From a candidate division WOR-3 bacterium (GTDB lineage: Bacteria > Hydrothermota > Tepidihabitantia > SM23-42 > JAOAFX01): a DNA stretch of 36,997 bases. The position numbers were made by a program, and so were the translations under genes. Location: NCBI GenBank assembly GCA_039802325.1, contig JBDRWH010000001.1, positions 1-36,997 on the forward strand. Reading direction: 5' to 3'. Shown here in pieces: positions 18,490 to 26,195 of the stretch. Positions within the stretch are counted from its first letter, which is position 1; every line of letters begins with the position of its first letter. Below the pieces are notes generated by a model, which saw only the letters and a program-made list of their open reading frames with translations, searched no databases and was not told where the DNA came from.

Positions 18490-19077
18490 TCATTTCAGTT
18501 TTCCTAAAAGCTTATTCGTGAGATCTTTGCCCTTGGTTGGTCCGATAATCATACCTGCTGCCTTGCCCAGGGCAAAAATGAATCTTCTTATATCTTCTTC
18601 ATAAAGTTCATCCGCTTTGATTCTTTGGGCCTTGAGTTGATTTTGATATACCCTCTCAGTAAAATCACCTAAATAATCCTGGACAACTGCTTTCAGTTGA
18701 TCAAGAAACTCTGGTGCAAATCTCTCTTTTGGTTTTTCTGCTTCAACAACCTCTACCTTTTGCTTAGCTCTAATCTCTTTAATTGCGTTCCAGATAGTAT
18801 CCAGAATTTGCGCCTGGGTTGTAGCATAAATGTGTCCAATCAGTTCATTTTCAGCAATATCACAAACCAGGCTCTGGTTATTTCCAACAATTTCAATAGT
18901 ATCAATCTTAACATCACCCACTGCACCGATGGATTCAAAAAGTACTGTTCCGGTCTGCGAAAACTTTGTCTTTTTCTGTTCACCACCCTTAGAAGTGATT
19001 GTCTCTCCATCTTTCATTACGATAAAAGGCAAACCCAGCCCTCGTTCTTCAATCTTATTCAGTATCTCTTCATTCAT
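18490..19077 (-). CDS. Cytoplasmic protein with a possible Roadblock/LC7-like N-terminal domain, charged linker and helical C-terminal domain
   Basis: AAGGAGG RBS. Same overall layout as the upstream gene: an alpha/beta N-domain (...LPFIVMKDGETITSKG...), a KQKVEVVEAEKPKE linker and a helical tail. The Roadblock assignment is weaker than for 19089..19874. Confidence 0.45.
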   Translation of the reverse strand: MNEEILNKIEERGLGLPFIVMKDGETITSKGGEQKKTKFSQTGTVLFESIGAVGDVKIDTIEIVGNNQSLVCDIAENELIGHIYATTQAQILDTIWNAIKEIRAKQKVEVVEAEKPKERFAPEFLDQLKAVVQDYLGDFTERVYQNQLKAQRIKADELYEEDIRRFIFALGKAAGMIIGPTKGKDLTNKLLGKLK

Positions 19078-19088
19078 CTCTTACCTCC

Positions 19089-19874
19089 TTATATCTGCTT
19101 CATCTTTTCAATTACTGCCTGGACTTTTACCCTTGCTTGAGATGATCCCATTTCCTCAACTGCCTTCTTAACAAGAAAGTCAATCACCGTACGCAGTATC
19201 TGCACAATATCATCTTCTTTTTCAGATGGTGGAGTTTGTTTAAACTCTATTTTTTCGCCAATAATACCTATCATTGGCAATATTTCAGTGGCAATCACGC
19301 CAAGACCCTGATTAAGAATACCAAGCCAGTGCTCTTTTTTTCCGCCACTTCCAAATTCCTCAATCAGTAAGTTTATCTGGGTCAATTTTGAATTGATACT
19401 CCTGGACAATTGAATTTCGACCTTTGGAGGTACTACTGAAGGTTTTTCCGCTTCAACGACTTTTTCTTCAACTACCTTCTCCTCAACTTTTTCCTCAACA
19501 ATTTTGACTTCAGGTTCTTTCTCCACCTTCTCTTCTATCTTCTCCTCTTTGACTTTCTCCTCTTTTACCGGCAGAAGTTGTTCCTTAATCCTTTCAATAA
19601 TATCCAGGGGTTTTTCATCCCTTACCACCTCAACCCCGAGGTATTTACCGTTATGAAAAAAAATTATTAGACGATTTGCTCCATAACACATAGAAACAAA
19701 TTTTATTTCACCTAAATTCAGTGTATTCTTTATCACCTCGGCAGCCGAGGAGAAAAAGGCGGTAAGGTCACCAAGGGGTGAAGTTGATGAACCCTTGACT
19801 TTTTCAATTGAACCATCCTCGGCATTGACCACTGCATAGTTAATAATTCCTGGAATCTTATCCAATATTTCCAT
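19089..19874 (-). CDS. Roadblock/LC7 (MglB-like fold) domain protein with an (EEKV)n linker and helical C-terminal domain
   Basis: AAGGAG RBS. The N-terminus ILDKIPGIINYAVVNAEDGSIEKVKG...LTAFFSSAAEVIKN...ANRLIIFFHNGKYLGVEV fits the Roadblock/LC7 pattern (L--iPGv--a-vv--dG-i). Residues 103-145 are a Glu/Lys/Val repeat. Confidence 0.6.
   Translation of the reverse strand: MEILDKIPGIINYAVVNAEDGSIEKVKGSSTSPLGDLTAFFSSAAEVIKNTLNLGEIKFVSMCYGANRLIIFFHNGKYLGVEVVRDEKPLDIIERIKEQLLPVKEEKVKEEKIEEKVEKEPEVKIVEEKVEEKVVEEKVVEAEKPSVVPPKVEIQLSRSINSKLTQINLLIEEFGSGGKKEHWLGILNQGLGVIATEILPMIGIIGEKIEFKQTPPSEKEDDIVQILRTVIDFLVKKAVEEMGSSQARVKVQAVIEKMKQI
19440..19568 (-). repeat. In-frame low-complexity coding repeat encoding a Glu/Lys/Val-rich (EEKV)n linker
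   Basis: Residues 103-145 of the Roadblock-like protein are VKEEKVKEEKIEEKVEKEPEVKIVEEKVEEKVVEEKVVEAEK. Confidence 0.8.
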
Positions 19875-19887
19875 TCCCGACTCCTTT

Positions 19888-20724
19888 CTATTTTAATCCA
19901 GTACGGAGCTCATCAATCTTCTTCTTAAACAACAATTTTCCGTAAAGCTGTGGACCTTCGCTATTTACGAATTGCTCAAATTTTCTTCTGAAGCTATCAA
20001 TCTGATCCTGAGTCAATGGATTTTGCAAACCAACCTCTAAGGTTTCTTCATCCACTCTTAACGCTGAACCCAATGATTGATTTTCTGGTTCCATTTCACA
20101 CCATCTCTTGTACCAGTTCAATCCATTTTTTCCGAATGTTCTGAAAAAGACATTGAAATAACGGATCAAGACCGCCATCAATCTTTCTGCCTCTTTTGGG
20201 TCATAGATAAGACCCTGTTCTTTAAGCCAGATAATGGTCTTTATTGTTTCATAACCGCCTAATTGTGATTGGCTAATGATTTCATTTAATGTTCTCTTGC
20301 CGTCAACCATTGCCAGAACCTGCCAGTCTGTACGCCGCAGTGCAACTGCAGAAGGTAATTCTTTTGTTGATTTTGCTAAGACTGCGTCTCGTGGTGGCAG
20401 GCGGTCCTTGATTTTCTCAAATTCAACACGCCTCTTTTCAATATTTTCGTTTAGCTTTCCTACATCTTCAGAGATTGTCTGCTCGTTTGTCCTTACCCCT
20501 GACTCAAATGTAGCATGGTCAAGTCGGGCAAGAGAAAGATTTAGGAGTGATTCAAATCCCTTTTCCAGGCCATCAGTGGCATGTACAATATATCCTTCCT
20601 TGACATATATCTCACCACTCAATTCTCCGCTCACCCTTATTAGACCGGTTTTCTTTAACTGCACGAGAAAACTCAATAAATCAGAAACACTAAATTCCTT
20701 TAAATTGATTTCAATATCAGCCAT
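19888..20724 (-). CDS. DUF4388 (PatA-N-like) domain protein
   Basis: The ATG directly follows the TAA of module gene D2 (TAAATG). The N-terminus LKEFSVSDLLSFLVQLKKTGLIRVSGELSGEIYVKEGYIVHA matches the DUF4388 signature (L--f-l-dllq-l----ktG-L-v-----g-i-f-~G-iv-A). Confidence 0.65.
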   Translation of the reverse strand: MADIEINLKEFSVSDLLSFLVQLKKTGLIRVSGELSGEIYVKEGYIVHATDGLEKGFESLLNLSLARLDHATFESGVRTNEQTISEDVGKLNENIEKRRVEFEKIKDRLPPRDAVLAKSTKELPSAVALRRTDWQVLAMVDGKRTLNEIISQSQLGGYETIKTIIWLKEQGLIYDPKEAERLMAVLIRYFNVFFRTFGKNGLNWYKRWCEMEPENQSLGSALRVDEETLEVGLQNPLTQDQIDSFRRKFEQFVNSEGPQLYGKLLFKKKIDELRTGLK

Positions 20725-21342
20725 TTATATTGCTCCTAACCAATTGTGCAAAAGAAAATATATTCTACCGATAAACAGCGAGACACGAGCCATAACTGTA
20801 TAGCCGAAAGATGCACCAAACGATACCATCATAAACCAGATACCGATCTTTGCACCGATACCTAAAGCACCTCGGTGCTCTTTGGAAAAATAGAAATAGA
20901 GAAGAGTGAAGATTACACCAAGGATAATCAGCATATTGGAGAATGTAGAAAAAACAGACATATTTGTCAAAGGCAGGAATGTTGCCTGTAACTGCGGGAA
21001 AATATCGCCCTGGATTATCTGAGTAATAGATACTGCCATTGCTATACCCATGGTAAATGTGAGTGGAATGCGAATCATCCATGATATCCTGGGGATGAGT
21101 GGAGCGAACATCAAAAAACCTATGAAAATAGGAAAGATATTATACCATTGCCCTCTCTGGAATAAGGGCTCAAAAAGATTGGGCCAGGCAAAATCATACC
21201 AGAGCACAACTGCCCAGTATCCTGCAGAAACACCAACAAAAATATTCTCGGCGATCTTGTAAAAAGGATTATCTTTATACAAAAATGAATATATCGCTAA
21301 GGTTAATAGGGCAGCAATCCATATACCAATCGTGCTTATCAT
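20725..21342 (-). CDS. Module protein D, copy 2; polytopic membrane protein of unknown family
   Basis: Paralog of 2282..2902. ATGA overlap with C2, and its stop abuts the DUF4388 gene start. Confidence 0.85.
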   Translation of the reverse strand: MISTIGIWIAALLTLAIYSFLYKDNPFYKIAENIFVGVSAGYWAVVLWYDFAWPNLFEPLFQRGQWYNIFPIFIGFLMFAPLIPRISWMIRIPLTFTMGIAMAVSITQIIQGDIFPQLQATFLPLTNMSVFSTFSNMLIILGVIFTLLYFYFSKEHRGALGIGAKIGIWFMMVSFGASFGYTVMARVSLFIGRIYFLLHNWLGAI

Positions 21343-22160
21343 TTCTTTCTCCTCTGGGAAACCAATATCACATTGCCAAGCACAATGAACCCAACAAGAA
21401 GAAGGTGAACAATAGACTGAGCATCCATTCCTCTCAATCCTCTGCCTTTCCTATTTACGAGTGTCTCATATTCTGCAGCACCTTTTAATCCACCTAAAAG
21501 CCCAACTAACTGTCCTGAGCTCAAATATGCATATTGTTGCGGTGCCATAATCGCGGTTGTTGCCCCGCAAATTGGCACTCCATACCGGGCGTGGAAATAG
21601 ATTATCCAGTGTAGAATACCAGGATCACCAGCAGAAAAGGTCATTACTGCCTTAAGATCCTTTGCTGATTTTACTGCCCTGCCCAAAGCAAAAGAGTCTA
21701 TGGGGATACCTTGATAATCAACTTTTATTACATCCGAAAAATTGCGTCCCAGACTCAAGAGCATTACTGCACCACCAGGTCTATAACCAACATTGATATA
21801 GTCCTCACCATATTTTTTGTCATAAATTTGAGCAAGGTTGTTAAGTGCAATATTCCCAAGTTCACTACCAGCAGGCCATAAGCCCATCATATATATTCTT
21901 AAGTTCTTACGAAAACAATGTTCAATCACTGCCTCAGTTGCGGGATAGAGTTCTGCCTCACTACCTGGGTCGTAATCAGTGGAAATAAGTACTATAGAAC
22001 CGCTGGGTAATGACTCAATCTTATTGTAGACATTTTTGACCGGTTTTGTAATATCAACCGGTAAATTCAATGGTACAATCATTGGAATGATAACTGCCAG
22101 TGCAACAAGAAGAAAAATAATCCTGCGGTCAAGATGACTCAACCTTTCAATGAGATTCAT
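21339..22160 (-). CDS. Module protein C, copy 2; bitopic protein with a soluble central domain
   Basis: Paralog of 1240..2103 with TM helices at both ends. Confidence 0.85.
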   Translation of the reverse strand: MNLIERLSHLDRRIIFLLVALAVIIPMIVPLNLPVDITKPVKNVYNKIESLPSGSIVLISTDYDPGSEAELYPATEAVIEHCFRKNLRIYMMGLWPAGSELGNIALNNLAQIYDKKYGEDYINVGYRPGGAVMLLSLGRNFSDVIKVDYQGIPIDSFALGRAVKSAKDLKAVMTFSAGDPGILHWIIYFHARYGVPICGATTAIMAPQQYAYLSSGQLVGLLGGLKGAAEYETLVNRKGRGLRGMDAQSIVHLLLVGFIVLGNVILVSQRRKK

Positions 22161-22195
22161 GAAACCGCCGCTCCCGGGAAAACCTTATAGTTTAT

Positions 22196-22239
22196 GAATT
22201 CGGATTCATTTGAAATTTGCAATTTGAAATTTGGAATCC
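22196..22239. promoter_or_regulatory. Tandem 12-nt direct repeat ATTTGAAATTTG x2 (14-nt period) flanked by inverted GGATTC/GAATCC in the B2-C2 spacer
   Basis: Repeats at 22208..22219 and 22222..22233, each containing the near-palindrome AAATTT. Flanks are at 22202..22207 and 22234..22239. Confidence 0.4.
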
Positions 22240-22862
22240 TAATGTTCACCTCCTCCCATATAACTCCTTTCAATTCCCAGCAGAACGCGCAACGCCATTG
22301 ATATTAATCCTAAGTCAATGCCAAACAAGATACCCCGCTTCGCAGCAGTATTCGGAACCTGCATTATCCACTCAACAAGGTCAGGGAATTTGTGCCAGAT
22401 TGAATAACCGATAGGAATCCTGCCAACCATCACAATCACCGCAGCGACAAGAAGCATTGTCGCTTCGGGTGTCTTTGCCCTGAAAGCCCTGAATGACGCT
22501 GAGGCAACAAAAAAAGCAAGCAAAGAAAACATGGTCGCCCCAAGTGGAACCTGAAAATTTTCAAAGAAGTACAAAAACACTCTTGAATCCCTGCCACCGA
22601 CAAACCCGGTACCAAGCATAATGCCGAGAAAGGATAGTAGAACTATGCTGTATTGCCAATCCCGTAATTTGCGTTGAATCTTATCAACATTTATTCTTAT
22701 TAAATTAAAGATTCCAATAAAGACAAAAAACGCAGCAACGCCCTGATACCACAACTGAAGCAGTTGAGAACTATCCTGGGCAAATTTTGCAGGAATAAAA
22801 AAAGTTATCAGCATATAGAAACCACAACAGAACACAATTATTAAAGGTATAATTGTTTTCAT
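22239..22862 (-). CDS. Module protein B, copy 2; polytopic membrane protein
   Basis: Paralog of 465..1145. ATGA overlap with A2. Confidence 0.85.
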   Translation of the reverse strand: MKTIIPLIIVFCCGFYMLITFFIPAKFAQDSSQLLQLWYQGVAAFFVFIGIFNLIRINVDKIQRKLRDWQYSIVLLSFLGIMLGTGFVGGRDSRVFLYFFENFQVPLGATMFSLLAFFVASASFRAFRAKTPEATMLLVAAVIVMVGRIPIGYSIWHKFPDLVEWIMQVPNTAAKRGILFGIDLGLISMALRVLLGIERSYMGGGEH

Positions 22863-23938
22863 TCTATCGTATTAAAGATATTAACAAAAAATTGCCAGTT
22901 TAATATCTGGCTAAAAACCCCGATGATTATAACACTAATGAATATCAGTTTCCCGAGATCTTGTCCTTTCAGTGATCCTAACTGGACTGGTTCTTGAGAA
23001 AGATAAGCACTTGCTGCATACAATTCTTCACCCAGGAGCGTAAAATCACAGGCTGCTACAAAAAATGGTAGTTGATCAGGCATTGCAGTGCCCGCAATCT
23101 GAACTGCACCTGTCGAATGACCGGTTTCAGCAAGAATCAGTGATTCAGCATAAAAGGTGCCAAGGTATAAATTTGTTGCTGGCTTTTCACGAACCATAAT
23201 ACCATCCACTGCTGATACATAGGCAAATTGGTCGTCTGTTATATAACGGATGTTATCTGAATTATACCAATCAGAACGACCAGTTCTGGTCGCTGACTCT
23301 TTCACAACCTGTTGTGCCATAGTCATTGCCATTGAATGGCAGGTTGGTACATATAAAGGTGTACCGTATTCTGCAGTCTTCTCAGCAACTCTTGACAGAA
23401 TACTCATTGAGGCAATCGTCTGAGGGTCATCAATATCCATGATTCCCGGCACATACAAAACAGGTTTACCCATTTCAGTTGCCCTGCCAATTGCCTCTTC
23501 AATGGCACTGAGCGCTGGTATCTTTCTGATAAACAGTTTACCACCCTTCTTCGCCTGGCTTATGTAGAAAAGAACTGATGCGAAAAGGACCATCATACAT
23601 ATTGCCAGAGGCAGGCGATATAGGTTAAAATATTGAATAACAGGTTTTACAGGACCAACAAGGTTGGAAAAAACGGCATTGGAATCAGTCATACCAGCGA
23701 TCCGGTAATAGTAACCTGCACCGGGCATTAAATTGTAATCCTGATATGTATACTCAGAACCCTCAATCTCACCAATTTTTTCAAAAATCCCTTCTGGTTC
23801 AACTCCCCTGAATATTTCGATAACTCTATAGTGATTGTCAAGTTGCCAGTTTAGAGTAATGCTTGAACCATCATCATTGGGCGTGTCCAAAGCCCGCAAA
23901 TTGATGCTATATATAATATATAGTGCAACTGAAAACAT
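22859..23938 (-). CDS. Module protein A, copy 2 (full length, 359 aa): N-terminal FN3-like domain, TM helix, roughly 210-aa soluble domain, C-terminal TM helix
   Basis: The N-terminal LDTPNDDGSSITLNWQ...GAGYYYRI resembles FN3-like surface modules. TM helix is LPLAICMMVLFASVLFYI. The C-terminal third is paralogous to 1..369. A promoter sits immediately upstream of the ATG. Confidence 0.8.
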   Translation of the reverse strand: MFSVALYIIYSINLRALDTPNDDGSSITLNWQLDNHYRVIEIFRGVEPEGIFEKIGEIEGSEYTYQDYNLMPGAGYYYRIAGMTDSNAVFSNLVGPVKPVIQYFNLYRLPLAICMMVLFASVLFYISQAKKGGKLFIRKIPALSAIEEAIGRATEMGKPVLYVPGIMDIDDPQTIASMSILSRVAEKTAEYGTPLYVPTCHSMAMTMAQQVVKESATRTGRSDWYNSDNIRYITDDQFAYVSAVDGIMVREKPATNLYLGTFYAESLILAETGHSTGAVQIAGTAMPDQLPFFVAACDFTLLGEELYAASAYLSQEPVQLGSLKGQDLGKLIFISVIIIGVFSQILNWQFFVNIFNTIE

Positions 23939-23944
23939 CTAATA

Positions 23945-23972
23945 ATTTTACTCAAAATAATTGCAATGTCAA
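23945..23972 (-). promoter_or_regulatory. Sigma70-type promoter of the module-2 operon: TTGACA-N16-TAAAAT, with the ATG 6 nt after the -10
   Basis: Minus strand has TTGACA at 23972..23967 (overlapping the GT2 stop codon) and TAAAAT at 23950..23945, then TATTAG, then ATG at 23938. Confidence 0.55.
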
Positions 23973-24766
23973 GCGTTTATTTTACGCCATTTTTTGAAAT
24001 ACTTGATTGCACTTATCAAATGGAACCAGAAGAATTTGTTAAATAGTAGGTCAACTCCTTTTGTTCTTGCTGACCATCTGGGATATTGATGAAGAAATTT
24101 TGCCCCGGGGAAATAGATAACTCTAAACCCGTGATTTTGAAAACGGCGACACCAATCAACATCTTCAAAATACAGAAAAAATCTCTCATCCATAAAACCG
24201 ATTTTTTCTATCAAAGATTTTTTTGTCATCATTGCAGCTCCTAATACCCAATCCACTTCCCTTGTCATTTGATGATCAAAATCCAGCATCAGATACCTTA
24301 TAAGTTCTTTTTTCCCAAAAGATAGATTTTTTAAACAGGTTCGTCTTATAAAAGGTGTCCAGATTTTTGGAAAACGCAAACAAGAATTTTGAATTGTATG
24401 GTCATAATTCAGCATTTGTGGTGCCAGGATACCAATGTTTTTCTCTTGTTCAAAAAACGAAATCATTTTTCCAATTGCGCCCGAAATGATTTGAATATCG
24501 GGATTGATGATCAAAATGTATTCTCCACGAGCATTTTTTATCCCTTGATTCACGGCTCGAGCATAGCCGAGGTTCGTCTGGTTTTCTACTAATAACAACT
24601 TCAAAAATTGTTGATATTCTGTAACCAAATGCCCCAATGAAAATGTTGTAATATTGTTAACAATGATAACTTCAGCATCAGATTCTGACAACACTATCCT
24701 AAGATTTTCCAGACAATTTCTTAAAACGTAGACTGGATTGTAGTTAACAATTACTACTGAAATCAT
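23969..24766 (-). CDS. Family 2 glycosyltransferase
   Basis: MISVVIVNYNP start, NLGYARAVNQG, a DxD-like region (INPD) and FFLYFEDVDWCRR are all typical of GT2. The start is uncertain: ATG 24766 is preferred over the track's TTG at 24787. Confidence 0.75.
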   Translation of the reverse strand: MISVVIVNYNPVYVLRNCLENLRIVLSESDAEVIIVNNITTFSLGHLVTEYQQFLKLLLVENQTNLGYARAVNQGIKNARGEYILIINPDIQIISGAIGKMISFFEQEKNIGILAPQMLNYDHTIQNSCLRFPKIWTPFIRRTCLKNLSFGKKELIRYLMLDFDHQMTREVDWVLGAAMMTKKSLIEKIGFMDERFFLYFEDVDWCRRFQNHGFRVIYFPGAKFLHQYPRWSARTKGVDLLFNKFFWFHLISAIKYFKKWRKINA

Positions 24767-25418
24767 TTTTCTTTTTAAGAACAACAAGTGTCATGGGAAT
24801 ATGCTCTAAAGGGGTAAAGACCTTTTCAATTTTCATGGAAAAATTTCTTTGGTGAAGTTTCTTTTCTGCCTGTTTCAATTCATCTGCAACAGCCATAGTT
24901 TTGTAGAAAATCGCCCTTCCTTCAGGTGCGATCAATTGGTCAATTGTCTTAACGAGATAACTGATTCTACCTGCTGCTCTGACAAGAATTAAATCAAATT
25001 TTCTTCCTTTGTAATTGTAATGCTCTGCTCGCTCATCAATTACTTCAATGCCTGATAGGCTCAATTGCTTAATCAAATCTCTTAGAAAATGTGCCCTTTT
25101 TTTCACCGATTCAAAAAGGGTAAAATCTACTTCTGACTTTAGAATCTTAACGGGTATTGATGGAAAACCTGCTCCTGCCCCAATATCACACGCATATTTT
25201 TCACTGCCAAGAAATCTCAAAACAATTAAAGATGGCAGAAAGTGTTTCAGACTTATTCGCTTGAAATCATTGCGAGAAATAAGATGTAACCGACCCTCAA
25301 AACTGTAGAGGATCTTCAAGTAATCGGAAAACTTGTTGATAGCACTCTCCGAATAATCTATGTTCATTTCTTTAAGACCCTTTTTCAGCACTGCAATTTC
25401 TTTATCAACTGAGTGCAT
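24744..25418 (-). CDS. rsmG: 16S rRNA (guanine527-N7)-methyltransferase RsmG (GidB)
   Basis: SAM-binding motif DIGAGAGFPSIPVKIL, RsmG-like length and flanking conserved blocks (HFLPSL..., LVRA). Confidence 0.8.
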   Translation of the reverse strand: MHSVDKEIAVLKKGLKEMNIDYSESAINKFSDYLKILYSFEGRLHLISRNDFKRISLKHFLPSLIVLRFLGSEKYACDIGAGAGFPSIPVKILKSEVDFTLFESVKKRAHFLRDLIKQLSLSGIEVIDERAEHYNYKGRKFDLILVRAAGRISYLVKTIDQLIAPEGRAIFYKTMAVADELKQAEKKLHQRNFSMKIEKVFTPLEHIPMTLVVLKKKNDFSSNC

Positions 25419-25436
25419 AATCTTGAATCTATGTTC

Positions 25437-26195
25437 TTAGCTTTTTCTCTTTTTGATCCGGTCCCACACCTGGTCCATTTCTTCAAGACTCAATGATGAA
25501 ATATCCCTCTTTTGTTTTCCTAATATCTTCTGCATAATTCTGAATCTTTTTACAAATTTCTTATTTGCCCTGCGCAGTGCTTCTTCGGGATCAATCTTTA
25601 AATGCCTTGCAATATTTACGCAGGAAAACAGCAAATCACCCATCTCTTCTACTAATTCCCTTCTTAATTTCGTTCTGTTCAATTCATTAATCTCCTCAAT
25701 CAATTTTTCTTTCGGTCCTTCAGCATTATCCCAATCAAATCCTACACGTGCGGCTCGTTCTTGAATTAATTTCGCTGCAAGTAGAGCAGGCAGTGAATAT
25801 GGAATACCGTGGAAAATATCTTTTTTTGAACTATGCCAGAATTTTACAATTTCGTTCGTGCTCCTAAATTTTTTTGATTTGAAGACATGGGGGTGCTTGG
25901 TTTGATACTTCTTTATGGTCGTAGAAATGATTTCTTTTATTGGTACACCTTTTTCCTCAAGAATCTGACCCAAAAAAAAACCCAGAAAAAGTAAATCCCC
26001 GATTTCTTCTTTAATACCGGTGAGATTATTTTCCTCAATTGCGCTGACAACTTCATATGCCTCTTCAATGACATTATTTTTTATAGTTTTGAGGGTTTGC
26101 TTTCTATCCCAGGGACATTTTTTGCGCAGCGTCTTAACTAATGCAATAAGTTCAACAACTAAATCAGAATTCTTCAACTTCGTTTTTTTCTTCAC
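25437..26195 (-). CDS. mazG: Nucleoside triphosphate pyrophosphohydrolase MazG
   Basis: LRKKCPWDRKQTLKTIKNNVIEEAYEV and a second EE-GDLLF module indicate the tandem MazG-domain architecture. Confidence 0.8.
   Translation of the reverse strand: MKKKTKLKNSDLVVELIALVKTLRKKCPWDRKQTLKTIKNNVIEEAYEVVSAIEENNLTGIKEEIGDLLFLGFFLGQILEEKGVPIKEIISTTIKKYQTKHPHVFKSKKFRSTNEIVKFWHSSKKDIFHGIPYSLPALLAAKLIQERAARVGFDWDNAEGPKEKLIEEINELNRTKLRRELVEEMGDLLFSCVNIARHLKIDPEEALRRANKKFVKRFRIMQKILGKQKRDISSLSLEEMDQVWDRIKKRKS

Noticed and set aside
1-23938. The inverted paralogous modules as arms of an invertible or recombining segment
   Set aside because: The copies share only about 35-55 percent amino-acid identity, and I saw no extended nucleotide identity. 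That is too divergent for homologous recombination. No recombinase or transposase gene is present.
25972-25980. A9 homopolymer inside mazG as a possible phase-variation tract
   Set aside because: It encodes an in-frame FFLG segment in a housekeeping gene. Homopolymers of this length are expected in an AT-rich genome, and nothing suggests slippage.
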